Source of the DNA: Vulcanimicrobiota bacterium
GTDB taxonomy: Bacteria > Vulcanimicrobiota > Vulcanimicrobiia > Vulcanimicrobiales > Vulcanimicrobiaceae
NCBI GenBank assembly: GCA_003135555.1
Contig: PLCF01000006.1
Span: forward strand, 1 to 49,239
Direction: 5' to 3'
DNA: 49,239 nucleotides
Under the pieces are notes generated by a model, which saw nothing but the letters and a program-made list of their open reading frames with translations, did not search any database and was not told the origin of the DNA. The position numbers and the translations under genes are program-made. How positions within the stretch are numbered: the stretch's first letter is position 1; each line of letters begins with the position of its first letter. Of this stretch, positions 18,544 through 30,480 are shown piece after piece.

Positions 18544-20121
18544 TCAGGGTGAGCCCGGCGAGGCAGACGGTGCCGGCGAGGCCGCCGGGCTGGGCGAGCG
18601 ATCCGGCGCGAGCGGGTTGGGGTCGAAGACGTCCGCGCCGGCGATCAAGCCGTCGTCGTCGATCGCGAAGATGTAGAGCAGCGTCCGCTTGGACGTCCGC
18701 ATGCTGTACTGGTAGGTCGACGTCGGCGCGCGCCGGTCGACGTTGACGAGCCGATAGGTGCGCGGTCCGAAACGCGCGAGATCACGTAACGCGGCTTGAT
18801 TGCGCGCCATGCGCAGCGACGCGCGGACCGTGGGACGCAGTTTGGAGAGATCGATCAAGCCCGCAACCGCGTCGTCGAGCCAGCGCCGCGCCAACGCGTC
18901 GACCGCTGGTTGCGCGTACGGGATCGGCGGCGGTGTCGTTGCGGACGCCGGCGCCGGCGCGGGGGCCGCCGGTGCGGCGGCCGTCGGCGCCGGGCGCGGC
19001 AGCGCCGGGACGACCGCGCCGTATACCGCCCGCATGATCGCGTTGTACGCTGCGGGCTCCTGATTGGTCAGGACGATCACGTCGACGCCGTCTTCGACGA
19101 AGCGCGCGTCCTGCGTCCCGAAGCCGGTCGTGTCGCCCCCGTGCAGCACGACGTTTTTCCCGGCCCCCAGGGGTTGCAGGATCAGGCCGAAGCCGTAGTG
19201 GGTGTCGGTACCGTCGGCCAGCCTGTACGGCGCGTGCATCATCGCGCGCGACGACGCCGAGAGCAGCGTGCCACGATCGACGGCATTGTTCCAAATCTCG
19301 AGATCGCCCAGCGTGCTTTCGATCGCGCCCGCCCCCGAGAACCAGGTGTAGTCGAGGTGCGCCTCATGCTCTTGCTCGCCCATCGCGAAGCGCGCGTAGC
19401 CGGTGGCGCGATCGTTCTCGACCACCGATTCGTCGCCGTAGTGCGTGCGGCTCATCCCGAGCGGCTCGAAGATCCGCGCGCGCAGAAAATCGGCGTAGCT
19501 CATCCCCGACAACTTCTCGACGATGGTCGCCAGGATCACGAACCCGGTGTTGGAGTACTGCCACTTGGTGCCGGGCTTGAATCCCAACGGCCGGCCGATC
19601 ACCGTCTCGAGGATCTCGTCGTTCGTCACCGGGCGCGCGCCGAGCCGGTCGATGTCGGGGAGCTCGGTGAACTCCGCGTAGCCGCCCGTGTGGGTGAGCA
19701 GGTTGCGCAGTGTGACCTCGTCACCGTGCGGCGTTGCGGGAAGATAGCGCGCGACGGGAGCGTCGACGTCGAGCTTCCCGGCGTCGCGCAGCAGCAAGAT
19801 CGCGGCGGCGGTGAACTGCTTGGTGTTCGAGCCGATCCCGTACATCGTGTCGGTGTCGGCCGGGACCTTGTCATCGAGGTTGCGGAAGCCGTACGCTTTG
19901 GCGAAGACGAGTCGGCCGTGCTTGGCGACGCCGATCGCGACCGACGGCGTCGCCTTGCGCTCGATCGCGGTTGCGGCGATGGTGTCGATCGCCGCGATCT
20001 GCTGCGCCGTAAGGGCATCGTCGGGAGTCCCCGTGCCCGAGGGGAGGACCTGTGCCGTCGTCGCGGTGCCGAAGAGCAGGGACGCGGCCAAGGCCAGGCT
20101 CGCAAAGGGGATGCGGGTCAT
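18544..20121 (-). CDS. Secreted serine hydrolase (class C beta-lactamase/PBP-like)
   Basis: SNTK (SxxK), LLTHTGG, YSN, HGG motifs; signal peptide. Confidence 0.9.
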   Translation of the reverse strand: MTRIPFASLALAASLLFGTATTAQVLPSGTGTPDDALTAQQIAAIDTIAATAIERKATPSVAIGVAKHGRLVFAKAYGFRNLDDKVPADTDTMYGIGSNTKQFTAAAILLLRDAGKLDVDAPVARYLPATPHGDEVTLRNLLTHTGGYAEFTELPDIDRLGARPVTNDEILETVIGRPLGFKPGTKWQYSNTGFVILATIVEKLSGMSYADFLRARIFEPLGMSRTHYGDESVVENDRATGYARFAMGEQEHEAHLDYTWFSGAGAIESTLGDLEIWNNAVDRGTLLSASSRAMMHAPYRLADGTDTHYGFGLILQPLGAGKNVVLHGGDTTGFGTQDARFVEDGVDVIVLTNQEPAAYNAIMRAVYGAVVPALPRPAPTAAAPAAPAPAPASATTPPPIPYAQPAVDALARRWLDDAVAGLIDLSKLRPTVRASLRMARNQAALRDLARFGPRTYRLVNVDRRAPTSTYQYSMRTSKRTLLYIFAIDDDGLIAGADVFDPNPLAPDRSPSPAASPAPSASPGSP

Positions 20122-20256
20122 CCCGCTTGGTACCGTACGCGAGGCGGCGAGGTTTCCGCCGTATCGGCCGTATCGAACGAGAGCGAACGGTTCCCGCAGG
20201 ACCCCGCCCGCGCCCTCGGAAACGGTCCCCTCGCACGTTTCGCAACGGAGGTCTTG

Positions 20257-21003
20257 GTGCGCCGACTGCTTCTTGGGGTTTGTTTTCTAGCCGCGCTCGC
20301 GGCCGCTGGGTGCGGCGCTAATTATGGCACGACGCCGACCACCGGAGCGACCGCGACGCCGGCGCCGACCGCGACGCCGGTCCCCACGGCGACCCCGGTC
20401 CCGGTAAAGGCCGAGAACTACCTCCCGCTGACGAACCAAGCAGCGTATAACGGCACGACCAGCGGCGGCGTCTTCGCCTACGCCTCGACCGCGCTCGCAC
20501 CGCCGCCATCGCTGGGAACGACCTGTAGCGCGGCGCTCGGGACGTTCGGCGAGTTCGTCGTCAACGTTGGGCTTGCGATCATCCCGGTCTCCGACGTCCA
20601 GTTCAACGGCGCATACGCCACGCCCGTCATCTCGAAGAACTCCACCGGCGACGTCTACGTCGTCGGCTACACGAGCGGCGGCACCGAGACGTGCGTGCAG
20701 TCGTACCCGATCGCCAAGGCGCAGATGGTCAAGGGGAGCGGCTGGACGTTCGTCGACATCGCCGGCGTCTCGCGCAGCGCCGTGGTGGTCTCCGATCACG
20801 TCACCGCGACCTTCATCGCGCAACCGGGAGCAGTATCGACCACCTACACCGGCATCGTCTCGCAGGTCGCGTACGGCTCGGACCAGACGATCTACTGGGC
20901 GGCCGGATTTGGCCCGGTCCAGACGATCAACCCCGGCGCGAGCGGCAATTTTGCGCAGACGCTCACCGCGCACAACTGGGTGGTCGACCCCGCCTCCAAA
21001 TAG
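20257..21003 (+). CDS. Hypothetical lipoprotein with PT/A-rich linker
   Basis: GGAGG RBS; lipobox LAAAGC; TATPAPTATPVPTATPVP repeats. Confidence 0.8.
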   Translation: MRRLLLGVCFLAALAAAGCGANYGTTPTTGATATPAPTATPVPTATPVPVKAENYLPLTNQAAYNGTTSGGVFAYASTALAPPPSLGTTCSAALGTFGEFVVNVGLAIIPVSDVQFNGAYATPVISKNSTGDVYVVGYTSGGTETCVQSYPIAKAQMVKGSGWTFVDIAGVSRSAVVVSDHVTATFIAQPGAVSTTYTGIVSQVAYGSDQTIYWAAGFGPVQTINPGASGNFAQTLTAHNWVVDPASK

Positions 21004-21058
21004 GCTCGGCCCGGCCCCGGCGTAGGGCGCGGCGACGCGCCCGGCGCAACTCCCGGGG

Positions 21059-22632
<1,574 letters not shown>

Positions 22633-22636
<4 letters not shown>

Positions 22637-23046
22637 TCGACGCGCCGCTGGATCACGTCGCGATCGTCGTGCGGGATCTCGAAGCGACGCTCGAGCTGTA
22701 CACGCAGACGCTGGGGTTCAGCCCGGTGTACCGCGAGATCGTCGCCGACCAGGGCGTCGAGGCGGCCGGCGTGCGCAGCGGCGACGCCGTCATCGAGCTG
22801 CTGCGCCCGCTGTGCGAGGACTCACCGATCGCGCGATTCCGTGGTGACGCCGCGACGCGGTTGCACCACACCGCGTATCGCGTCGACGACATTCGCGCCG
22901 AGCTCGCGCGCCTCAAAGCCGCGGGCGTGCGTCTGATCGACGAGGAGCCGCGCCGAGGCGCGCACGGCAACACGGTCGCTTTTCTGCATCCCAAGTCGAC
23001 GGGCGGGGTGCTGATCGAGCTCTGCCAGCGCAGCAGCCCAAGGTAG
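22633..23046 (+). CDS. mce: Methylmalonyl-CoA epimerase
   Basis: [41 protein letters not shown] coupling to the mutase. Confidence 0.92.
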
Positions 23047-23088
23047 GCTGGGGGAACCGTTTCCTTGCTGCGCGGCGTTGCCAAGGTG

Positions 23089-23988
23089 ATGCGAGGGAAT
23101 GCTCTTTTGAGCTTGCCGACGGGGCGAGCGGTCGCGGCCGCGTTGCTCGTCGCGACCTCGTTGGGCGCGTCGCCGGCGCCGGCGGTCGCCCCGCTCGACG
23201 CCGACGCAATCTTCGCCGCCGCGCGCAAGGCCTGGGGTGCGGGTGCCTACCCGCGCTTCGCCGAGTACGTCGCCGTCGTCTCGTTCCACAACGGGACGCG
23301 CTTCGTGCGCCGGACTTGGGAGACGACCGAAGATCTGCGCCACGGCGTGGTCTACTCGCACGCGTTCAGCCGCGAAGAGCGCGCGAACCCGACGACGCCG
23401 CACGGCATCAATATCTCGTTCTTCGGTCTCGGGCCGTCCAACAAGGAGCAGCCGGTCGATCCGATCGGTCAAGTCGCCTTCGCCATCGATCAAGACTACG
23501 GGCTCGCGTCGGCTACGCGGCACCTGCAATCGACCAATACGACGTCGACGTTCGACGCGGTGCGCTCGAGCCTGCCCGTGATCGGGCACACCGGGACCGT
23601 CGCGCGCGACTACGACGTGAGCCTCCTCGAGACCGCCGTCGACGAGCAGGGGCCCGAGTATCACCTCGGCCTGCGCCCGTTGCACGACCCGCAACGTCTG
23701 CGGTTGCGCGAACTCTGGGTCGACGGAAACACGTGGCGCACCGAAGAGGCGGTCGTCGACGGTATCGGCAGCCGGCCGCCGCTGACCCAGGTGCCGTGGA
23801 GAATCGAGTACCGCGAGACCGACGGCGCGACGTATATCGCAACCGAAACCGCGCTCGGACCGCTCGACTACGGCCGCGCGGGGACGCTGCGCAGCGTGCG
23901 GATCTCGTTCGACGAAGTGAAGCTGCAGTCGCGGCCGAGCCCCTTCGGCATGGGCTTCTCCCAAGCGGTTCCGCAGGGCGAACCCTAG
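23089..23988 (+). CDS. Hypothetical secreted protein
   Basis: Signal-peptide-like N-terminus, GC3-biased codons; start uncertain. Confidence 0.7.
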   Translation: MRGNALLSLPTGRAVAAALLVATSLGASPAPAVAPLDADAIFAAARKAWGAGAYPRFAEYVAVVSFHNGTRFVRRTWETTEDLRHGVVYSHAFSREERANPTTPHGINISFFGLGPSNKEQPVDPIGQVAFAIDQDYGLASATRHLQSTNTTSTFDAVRSSLPVIGHTGTVARDYDVSLLETAVDEQGPEYHLGLRPLHDPQRLRLRELWVDGNTWRTEEAVVDGIGSRPPLTQVPWRIEYRETDGATYIATETALGPLDYGRAGTLRSVRISFDEVKLQSRPSPFGMGFSQAVPQGEP

Positions 23989-24001
23989 TCCGAACCGCGC
24001 C

Positions 24002-25576
24002 TTAGCGCGCGCCTCGCGGCGCCAGCCGGACGTCGAGCTCGGTCTCGAACGTGCGGTCCCAGGGAAGCGTGATCGTGAAACCCGCATCGCGGTACTCCGA
24101 GTCGATGCGCGCAAGCAGGTCGAGCCCGTCACGCCACAGCCGCGCCCGGTTCTCCGATGCGGCTTGCCCGGCGACGCTGGGCACCAGGTAGGTGTGGTCG
24201 GAGACGCCGGCCGCGGTGAGGCCGGCGTTGAGCTGCGGCCGAACGTCGGTGTGGAAGGCTACGTCGTCGACGTAGCGCATCAAGGTGAACGTCGCATGCG
24301 CGCGGCGGTCGTAGGTTCCGAGCCGGCGTCCGGCGACGACGGCGATCGCCTCGGGCAACGTGGTGCCGATCGTGTTCGCGACGGTGTTCCACGACGCGAA
24401 CGCATCGATGCGCGCGGCGATGTGATGCGCGATGAGTTCCTCGGTGAGGCGCCGCTGTTGGGCGTAGTCATTGGTGGCGAGGAAGGTCAGATCGGCGATC
24501 GCCGTCACCGGCGCGCGCCTGCGGTCGCCCGCCCCTGAGGCACGGTACGCGTCCTCGATCTCGCCGACGAACGCCGCCTCGTCGCCGTCCGAGGTGCCCG
24601 GCACGCGTACGAAGAGATCGATGTCGGCGTGCTCGTCCGGCGCGGCTGCGCGCGAACCGCACGTCCGCATCAACTGGGCGATCGTCGTCGCGATCGGCGC
24701 GAACTCGAGCGGGTCGTTCACCGTACCGCCGTCGGGGCGCGAGTAGATCACCCGCACGCGCGGCACGACGGCGGCTTCACGCGCCAGCGCCGCCGACAGC
24801 AACGCGAGCGCCAGCTCGTCGGCGCCGGGCTCGATCGCGGCCCGCGCCGGGTCGAGCCAGCGCGCCGAGAACGCGCGCAGCGTTGCCAGATCGCGCAGGT
24901 GCAGGCCGACCGGTCCGGCGTCGTCCTGGCCCAGCACGATGCGGTCGAACCCGCCTTCGGCGACCGTGCGCAGCGCGAACAGATCGACGTCGAGGTTGCG
25001 CCGGCGCGTGTCGAGGTAGGCGTCCAAGGCCGGGCCGAGCAGCGTGCGAAGCCGCGCGGCGTACGCGCGCTGTTCGTCGGTCGCCGGCGGATCGGGGAGG
25101 CCGGCATACAGCTGAATCCTACCCCACACGTCGGTGCCCGCGAACGGGTACGACGCCGCCGGGCCCAGCGCCGGAACGCCGGTCGGCGCGAGCCGCATGA
25201 CGGTGCCGAAGACGGCGAACGACGCGCCGGGGCGCGCGGCGCGAATCGCCGCCAAATCCCCAAGTCGCGTGTAGGCCACGGCGCGCGAAACGCCCGGAAC
25301 GCGCGACGCGACCAGCCCGCCGTACGCCACCATGTCGCCCGAGACGACGTAGCCCCGCGCGTCGCGTGGCGCTTCGTCACGCAGCCAGCGCAGGACCCCC
25401 GGGGCATCGCCGGGGACGAGATAGTGTCCCAGCAGCGGCCGCGGCGGCTCGGCAACCCGGACGCCGGCGACCGCCCCGAGCAGGCGCGGCAGTTGTGCGG
25501 TCACGGGACGATCGTCGAGCGGCACCACGACGAACGTCAGCCCCAGCAACGAGAAGACCGCCGCGATGTGACTCAC
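24002..25576 (-). CDS. DUF4127-like protein
   Basis: VPLDDRP, DMVAYGGLVASR, GQDD, PGADE, SWNTVANTIG motifs recalled for DUF4127. Confidence 0.75.
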   Translation of the reverse strand: MSHIAAVFSLLGLTFVVVPLDDRPVTAQLPRLLGAVAGVRVAEPPRPLLGHYLVPGDAPGVLRWLRDEAPRDARGYVVSGDMVAYGGLVASRVPGVSRAVAYTRLGDLAAIRAARPGASFAVFGTVMRLAPTGVPALGPAASYPFAGTDVWGRIQLYAGLPDPPATDEQRAYAARLRTLLGPALDAYLDTRRRNLDVDLFALRTVAEGGFDRIVLGQDDAGPVGLHLRDLATLRAFSARWLDPARAAIEPGADELALALLSAALAREAAVVPRVRVIYSRPDGGTVNDPLEFAPIATTIAQLMRTCGSRAAAPDEHADIDLFVRVPGTSDGDEAAFVGEIEDAYRASGAGDRRRAPVTAIADLTFLATNDYAQQRRLTEELIAHHIAARIDAFASWNTVANTIGTTLPEAIAVVAGRRLGTYDRRAHATFTLMRYVDDVAFHTDVRPQLNAGLTAAGVSDHTYLVPSVAGQAASENRARLWRDGLDLLARIDSEYRDAGFTITLPWDRTFETELDVRLAPRGAR

Positions 25577-25634
25577 CGCAGCGGTCGTTCGTCGTCGCGC
25601 CGGATTACCTCTGGGCGACCGTCGCGAGCAGCGG

Positions 25635-26030
25635 TCAGCTCTTGAAGCCGTACTTCCCGTGGCCGTGCGGGTCGGTCACGTAGATCTTGTAGGCCTTGCG
25701 AATCCCCAGCGACTGCGTGAACTCGACGTGGACCGTGGTGTTGGGCTTGAGATCCTTGGTCTGCACGCTCTTGCCGTTCGAAAACAGCGTCTTGAAGTTC
25801 GGCGCGTACAGGAACGAGAGATCGGCCGGGACGCCGTCGACGCAGTGCACGCGAATGTTCTCGGTCGAGACGTGGCGGACGTAGCCGTGGCAGTGCCGGA
25901 TCTTGCCGCCCGGCACCGATGCGCCCTGGCTCTGCGTGACCGCCGCCTGCGCGGCGGCCGCGGATGCGGCGATCACCGCCAGCGCGGCGAGGGCGGGAAG
26001 CGAACGGCGGAGCGAGTCGAAGAGCATCAT
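25635..26030 (-). CDS. Small secreted hypothetical protein (possible OB-like fold)
   Basis: Signal peptide; beta-rich basic domain with two Cys. Confidence 0.7.
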   Translation of the reverse strand: MMLFDSLRRSLPALAALAVIAASAAAAQAAVTQSQGASVPGGKIRHCHGYVRHVSTENIRVHCVDGVPADLSFLYAPNFKTLFSNGKSVQTKDLKPNTTVHVEFTQSLGIRKAYKIYVTDPHGHGKYGFKS

Positions 26031-26062
26031 GTGAGGTCCCTGCCTTGATCGAGTGCCGGACG

Positions 26063-26470
26063 ATGGCGAGCCCGGAGCGCCTCGACGCGTTCGCGCTGAT
26101 GAGGCACTTTCGCGCCGACGAGACCGCGCTCGGCGAAGCGCTTGCGCTCTTCGTCGAGCGTCCGGACTACGGGTTCGTCTGGCTGGCGTATGACGACGGT
26201 ATACCCGCTGCGTGCGTCTCGGTCGCGTTCGGCATCTCGACCGAGGCCGGCGGCGTTGTCGCCGAGCTACGCGACCTCTGGGTGAGCGAAGGGCATCGCC
26301 GGCGCGGTATCGGCTCGGCGCTCATCGCAACCCTCCACGGACGCCTCGACCAGCTCGAGGTCGCGCGGGTGGAAGCGACGCTCCCCGACGACGCTGCGCT
26401 GCGCGGGTTCTTCGCCGCGCGCGGTTACGGCGTCGCCGCGGCGAACCGCGTCAGCTCGGAGCGCCGATGA
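26063..26470 (+). CDS. GNAT family N-acetyltransferase
   Basis: DLWVSEGHRRRGIGSAL acetyl-CoA motif A; FFAARGY. Confidence 0.85.
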   Translation: MASPERLDAFALMRHFRADETALGEALALFVERPDYGFVWLAYDDGIPAACVSVAFGISTEAGGVVAELRDLWVSEGHRRRGIGSALIATLHGRLDQLEVARVEATLPDDAALRGFFAARGYGVAAANRVSSERR

Positions 26471-27335
26471 CCGTGGCGAGGCGCCCGCCGGCGTCGCGGA
26501 GCAAGCGTTCGGCCTCGGCCCGCTCGACGCCCAAGCGCGCCATGACGACGGCCGTTTTCACCGCGCCGCCGGCCGCCGCGAGCAAGGCACGCGGATCGGC
26601 GTCGCCGGCGAGGTCGTGCACGAGCCGCTCGCTGCGCGCGCGCAGCTTCGCGTTGGTTGCCACCAGGTCGACCATTCGATTGCCGTAGGTCTTGCCGAGC
26701 CGGACCATCGCGCCGGTCGAGATCGCATTGAGGACGATCTTTTGCGCGGTTCCGGCGCGCATGCGCGTCGAGCCTTGGATCGGCTCGCTCCCCGTCGCGG
26801 CGACGATCGCCACGTCGGCCTCGCGCGACAGCGGCGCATCCTGCGTGTTGACGATCGCGATGGTGCGAGCGCCGCGCCCGTGCGCCGCGGCCAGCGCCGC
26901 GCACACGAACGGCGCGCCGCCGCCGGCGGAGATGCCGATCACCACGTCGCCCGAACCCACGTCGTCCACCACGTGCGTGCCCGCGAGCGCGTCGTCTTCC
27001 GCGCCCTCGACCGCGCAGCGCAGCGCCGCATCTCCGCCGGCGATGCGGCCCTCGACCGACGCCGGATCGAGTCCGAACGTCGGGTACAGCTCGGCGGCAT
27101 CGAGCACCGCGAGCCGGCCGCTGGTGCCGGCACCGACGAGCACGACGCGGCCGCCGCGCTCCAGCGCGCCGGCCACCTCCACGATCGCGCGCGCGACGTG
27201 CTCGGCGGCGCCGAGCGCGGCGTCCACCGCGACTCGCTGCGTTTCGATGAGCAGGCGCGCGAGCGCAACCTCGTCGAGCCGGTCGATCCCGGCGGTCGCG
27301 GGGTCGAGCGCTTCGGTCGCCGGCAGCTCGCTCAC
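26451..27335 (-). CDS. murQ: N-acetylmuramic acid 6-phosphate etherase
   Basis: GAGTSGRL, PTFG, EGAED, GSTRMRAGTAQK, GKTYGNRMVD. Confidence 0.95.
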   Translation of the reverse strand: MSELPATEALDPATAGIDRLDEVALARLLIETQRVAVDAALGAAEHVARAIVEVAGALERGGRVVLVGAGTSGRLAVLDAAELYPTFGLDPASVEGRIAGGDAALRCAVEGAEDDALAGTHVVDDVGSGDVVIGISAGGGAPFVCAALAAAHGRGARTIAIVNTQDAPLSREADVAIVAATGSEPIQGSTRMRAGTAQKIVLNAISTGAMVRLGKTYGNRMVDLVATNAKLRARSERLVHDLAGDADPRALLAAAGGAVKTAVVMARLGVERAEAERLLRDAGGRLATVIGAPS

Positions 27336-28243
27336 ACGGTCACCGAATGTTCGGCGAGGCGCAGCGCACCGCGTGCCGGCTCGTCGCCGCCCTTGACGAT
27401 CGCGACGCCGGGAACGTCGGCGTTCAAGCGGGTCTCGAGCAAGAACGTGAGCAGGCTGTTCTCACGCAGCAAGCCGCCCGCCAACGCGATCGCCGGCGAG
27501 TCGACGAGCTCGACCGCTTTGAGAGCCGCCTTGGCCAGATCGCCCAGCTCTTGGGCCGCTTGCTGGACGATCTTCGTCGCCGCGCGATTGCCCTTGCCCG
27601 CAAAGGCGAGGATGCTCGGCGCGAGCGCGGCGAACTGCGCGGGTTTGCGCGGGGCATCGTAGAGCGCGCCGAGGAACTGCTCGCGATCCTGCGCCGCGAG
27701 CGCCCGCGCCACCAGATCGGTCGTCTCGTCGCGGCCGGCACGGCCGTCGAGCACTCGTCCGTAGAGCCGTACGGCCTGCATGCCGATCCAATACGCCGAG
27801 CCTTCGTCGCCGGCCAGCGGGCCCAGCCCGCCGGTGCGGTGCGAGCGCTCGCCGTGCACCGCATAGGCGGTCGAACCCGTTCCGGCGATGAGCACCGCGC
27901 CGTCACCGGCCGGGATCGCGGCGCGCAGCGCGATCGCGGCATCGTCGCCGACGGTCACCACCGCGCCGCGGAACGCGGGAACGATCAAGTCCTGCAGCTC
28001 GGCGGCGACGCGCGCGCGTCCCGCGCCGGCCGCGCCGACGTGGATCGCGTCCGGCACGGCGCCGTCGAGCACCTCGCGAATCGCGGTGATGATGACGTCG
28101 GCGGCATCGTCGACGCCGAGCGTGGTCGCGTTGGCGTCGCGCCCGCGCACGGTGCGCCGCAGCTCGCCGCCCTCCGAGAACGCGGCGACGGTCGAGCTCC
28201 CGCCCGCGTCGACGCCGACGCAGATTCGGCGCGCGGCGCTCAC
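27332..28243 (-). CDS. BadF/BadG/BcrA/BcrD-type sugar kinase (GlcNAc/MurNAc kinase-like)
   Basis: GVDAGGSST, LIAGTGS, GDEGSAYWIG motifs; operon context. Confidence 0.85.
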   Translation of the reverse strand: MSAARRICVGVDAGGSSTVAAFSEGGELRRTVRGRDANATTLGVDDAADVIITAIREVLDGAVPDAIHVGAAGAGRARVAAELQDLIVPAFRGAVVTVGDDAAIALRAAIPAGDGAVLIAGTGSTAYAVHGERSHRTGGLGPLAGDEGSAYWIGMQAVRLYGRVLDGRAGRDETTDLVARALAAQDREQFLGALYDAPRKPAQFAALAPSILAFAGKGNRAATKIVQQAAQELGDLAKAALKAVELVDSPAIALAGGLLRENSLLTFLLETRLNADVPGVAIVKGGDEPARGALRLAEHSVTV

Positions 28244-28280
28244 GTCGCGCCTAGCGCGGCGATGCCGGAACGGTCGTCGA

Positions 28281-29429
28281 TCATGGGGCGCTCTCGGTGG
28301 GCCCGGTGCCGGCTGCTTCCTCCGCAGCGACGCGCCGCAGCAGCGCGTCGAGATCGTGCGGCGCGATCGCACCCAAGACCCGCGGACCGCTTGCGCCGGT
28401 CGCCGCGGGGAGCCCTGCCGCGCGGCCGCGCAGCGTCGAGTGCCCCAGCACCGCGAAGGCGATCGCTTCCTTCGCGTCGGCATCGATCCCGAACACGTCG
28501 GAGACCCCGACCGCGAGGCCGGGCAGCAGCGGCCGCAGCCCTTCGATCAGCGCCGGATTGCGCGCCCCGCCGCCGCTGATGATGAGGTGGTTCGCACGCG
28601 GGGCGTAGCACTGCACGGCGTCGGCGACGGTGCGAATGGTGAGCGCCGTCAGCGTGGCCACGGCATCCGCGAAGCCCAACGCGTCGAGCTCGGACCGCCA
28701 GCGCTCGACGAAGGGCCCGCCGTAGCGTTCGCGGCCGGTCGACTTCGGCGGCGCTTGGCCGAAGTACGGGTCGTCGAGCATGGCGGCGAGCAGGTCGCCG
28801 TCGGCGTTGCCGCGCCGGGCCAGCTTACCGTCACGATCGTACGGCACGCCGCCGCGCAGCGCGACGTAGGTGTCGATCGGCAGGTTCGCCGGCCCCGAAT
28901 CGAACGCGATCCCTTCGGGCAGCACCGTCAGGTTGGCGATCCCGCCCAGGTTGAGCACCGCGCAGGGCGCCTGGTCGGCGAAGAGCAGCGCGTCGACGAA
29001 CGGCACCAGCGGCGCGCCGGTCCCGCCCGCGGCCGTGTCCGCGGAACGAAAGTCGTAGATCACCGTCGCGCCGGTGCGTTCGCGGATGCGGAACGCGTCG
29101 CCGAGCTGCAGCGTGTGGTGCGCGTTGCCGTCGTGGGCGAGGGTCACGCCGTGGGACGCGACCGCGTCGAGCGGTGTGCGCCCCGCGACGGTATGGACCG
29201 CGTCACCGAACGCCTCGCCGATCGCCGCGTGCAGCGCGGAGAGTTCCAGCGCGCCGACGGGCGCGGGCGGATATGCCGCGACTATTCGCGCGCGCAAGGC
29301 CGCGTCGAACGCCAGCGTGTCGAAGCGCTCGCAGCGGACGCGAATCCGGTCGCCGTCGGCCCGCACGTCGCAGACGGCAACGTCGATTCCGTCGAGCGAG
29401 GTTCCCGAAAGCACGCCCGCGATCAGCAT
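28281..29429 (-). CDS. anmK: Anhydro-N-acetylmuramic acid kinase
   Basis: SGTSLDGID, DFRSADTAAGGTGAPLVP, NLGGIAN, PPKSTGRE, KEAIAFA. Confidence 0.95.
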   Translation of the reverse strand: MLIAGVLSGTSLDGIDVAVCDVRADGDRIRVRCERFDTLAFDAALRARIVAAYPPAPVGALELSALHAAIGEAFGDAVHTVAGRTPLDAVASHGVTLAHDGNAHHTLQLGDAFRIRERTGATVIYDFRSADTAAGGTGAPLVPFVDALLFADQAPCAVLNLGGIANLTVLPEGIAFDSGPANLPIDTYVALRGGVPYDRDGKLARRGNADGDLLAAMLDDPYFGQAPPKSTGRERYGGPFVERWRSELDALGFADAVATLTALTIRTVADAVQCYAPRANHLIISGGGARNPALIEGLRPLLPGLAVGVSDVFGIDADAKEAIAFAVLGHSTLRGRAAGLPAATGASGPRVLGAIAPHDLDALLRRVAAEEAAGTGPTESAP

Positions 29430-29445
29430 GGAGCGGCTCCAACGA

Positions 29446-30480
29446 TCATCGGCGATCGACCGCCGCGACCGCCGCATCGCATACCGCGGCGCGAATCGGC
29501 CGGATGTCATGACGGCCGTGGTGCACCGCGTTGGTGAGCAGGACGACGTTGAGATCGCGCTCCGGGTCAACCCAGATCGAGGTACCGGTGAATCCCCCGT
29601 GCCCGAAGGTGCTCGGCGACATCAGCGATCCGCACGCGGCCTCATCGCCGGTCCGCAGGACCCAACCGAGTCCGCGGCGCCGGGTCGGCTCACGCGCCTG
29701 CTCGCGAACGGCTTCGCACACGAGGTCGCGGTCGAGCGGGCTTGCACGCCGGTACAGCGCGCCGAGATACCATTCGCCCAGCAGCGCGACGTCGCGCGCC
29801 GGGCCGAACAAACCGGCGTGTCCGGCGACGCCACCCATGAGATGCGCCTTTTCGTCGTGAACGGTGCCTTGCACGCTGCCGCGCCACGCATCGGTCTCCG
29901 TCGCCGGAATCGCGTTGCGCTCGGGACCGCGCGGTGAATAGGCCGTCGCGGTCGCTCCCCACGCGCAGAGCGGCGCTTCCACCGCCCGCGCCAGCGAACG
30001 CCCGGCCAGGCGCCGCAGCAGCGTACCCAACGCGATGAATCCGAGATCGCTGTAGACCGCCGGACCGCCGGGAGCGCCGGCAAGCGGTTCGGCGAGCACG
30101 AACTGCTCGACGTTTCGGTCGAGCAACGTGCGGAAGTCGGCACCGCTCTTGAAACCCGCATCGTGCGCGAGGATGCGCCGCAGGGTGATCGGCTCGTGGT
30201 CGGTGTCACGCCACTCCGGTATGAGATCCGTCAGGCGTGCGTCGAGCGCCAAGCGCCGTTTCGCGACGTTGCAAAGCGCTACGCTGGCGACGAAGACCTT
30301 GGTGATCGATGCCAGATCGAAACGCGTGTCGACGAAGCACGGCGTCGCCGGTCCGTCATCACGCGTGCGCCCGAACGCGCGCTCGTACACGACGCGTCCA
30401 TGCTGCTCGACGCGCACGACCGCCGCACTGAAGCGCTCGCCGAGCGCTGCGCGCACGACGGCGCCGACGTCAGCGAACAG
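29446..30480 (-). CDS. Serine hydrolase (AmiE/YbbE-like, putative muropeptide amidase)
   Basis: FDLASITK, YSDLG, VHDE, AGHAGLF, FGHGGFTG; start is either CTG 30480 (overlapping the nagZ stop) or GTG 30456. Confidence 0.85.
   Translation of the reverse strand: MFADVGAVVRAALGERFSAAVVRVEQHGRVVYERAFGRTRDDGPATPCFVDTRFDLASITKVFVASVALCNVAKRRLALDARLTDLIPEWRDTDHEPITLRRILAHDAGFKSGADFRTLLDRNVEQFVLAEPLAGAPGGPAVYSDLGFIALGTLLRRLAGRSLARAVEAPLCAWGATATAYSPRGPERNAIPATETDAWRGSVQGTVHDEKAHLMGGVAGHAGLFGPARDVALLGEWYLGALYRRASPLDRDLVCEAVREQAREPTRRRGLGWVLRTGDEAACGSLMSPSTFGHGGFTGTSIWVDPERDLNVVLLTNAVHHGRHDIRPIRAAVCDAAVAAVDRR

Noticed and set aside
18544..20121. Beta-lactam resistance gene controlled by BlaI/M56
   Set aside because: Generic serine-hydrolase motifs only, 17 kb from blaI, and the M56 protein lacks a penicillin-binding domain
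20329..20405. Short tandem repeats resembling an array
   Set aside because: They encode Pro/Thr/Ala lipoprotein linkers; no repeat-spacer structure and no cas genes
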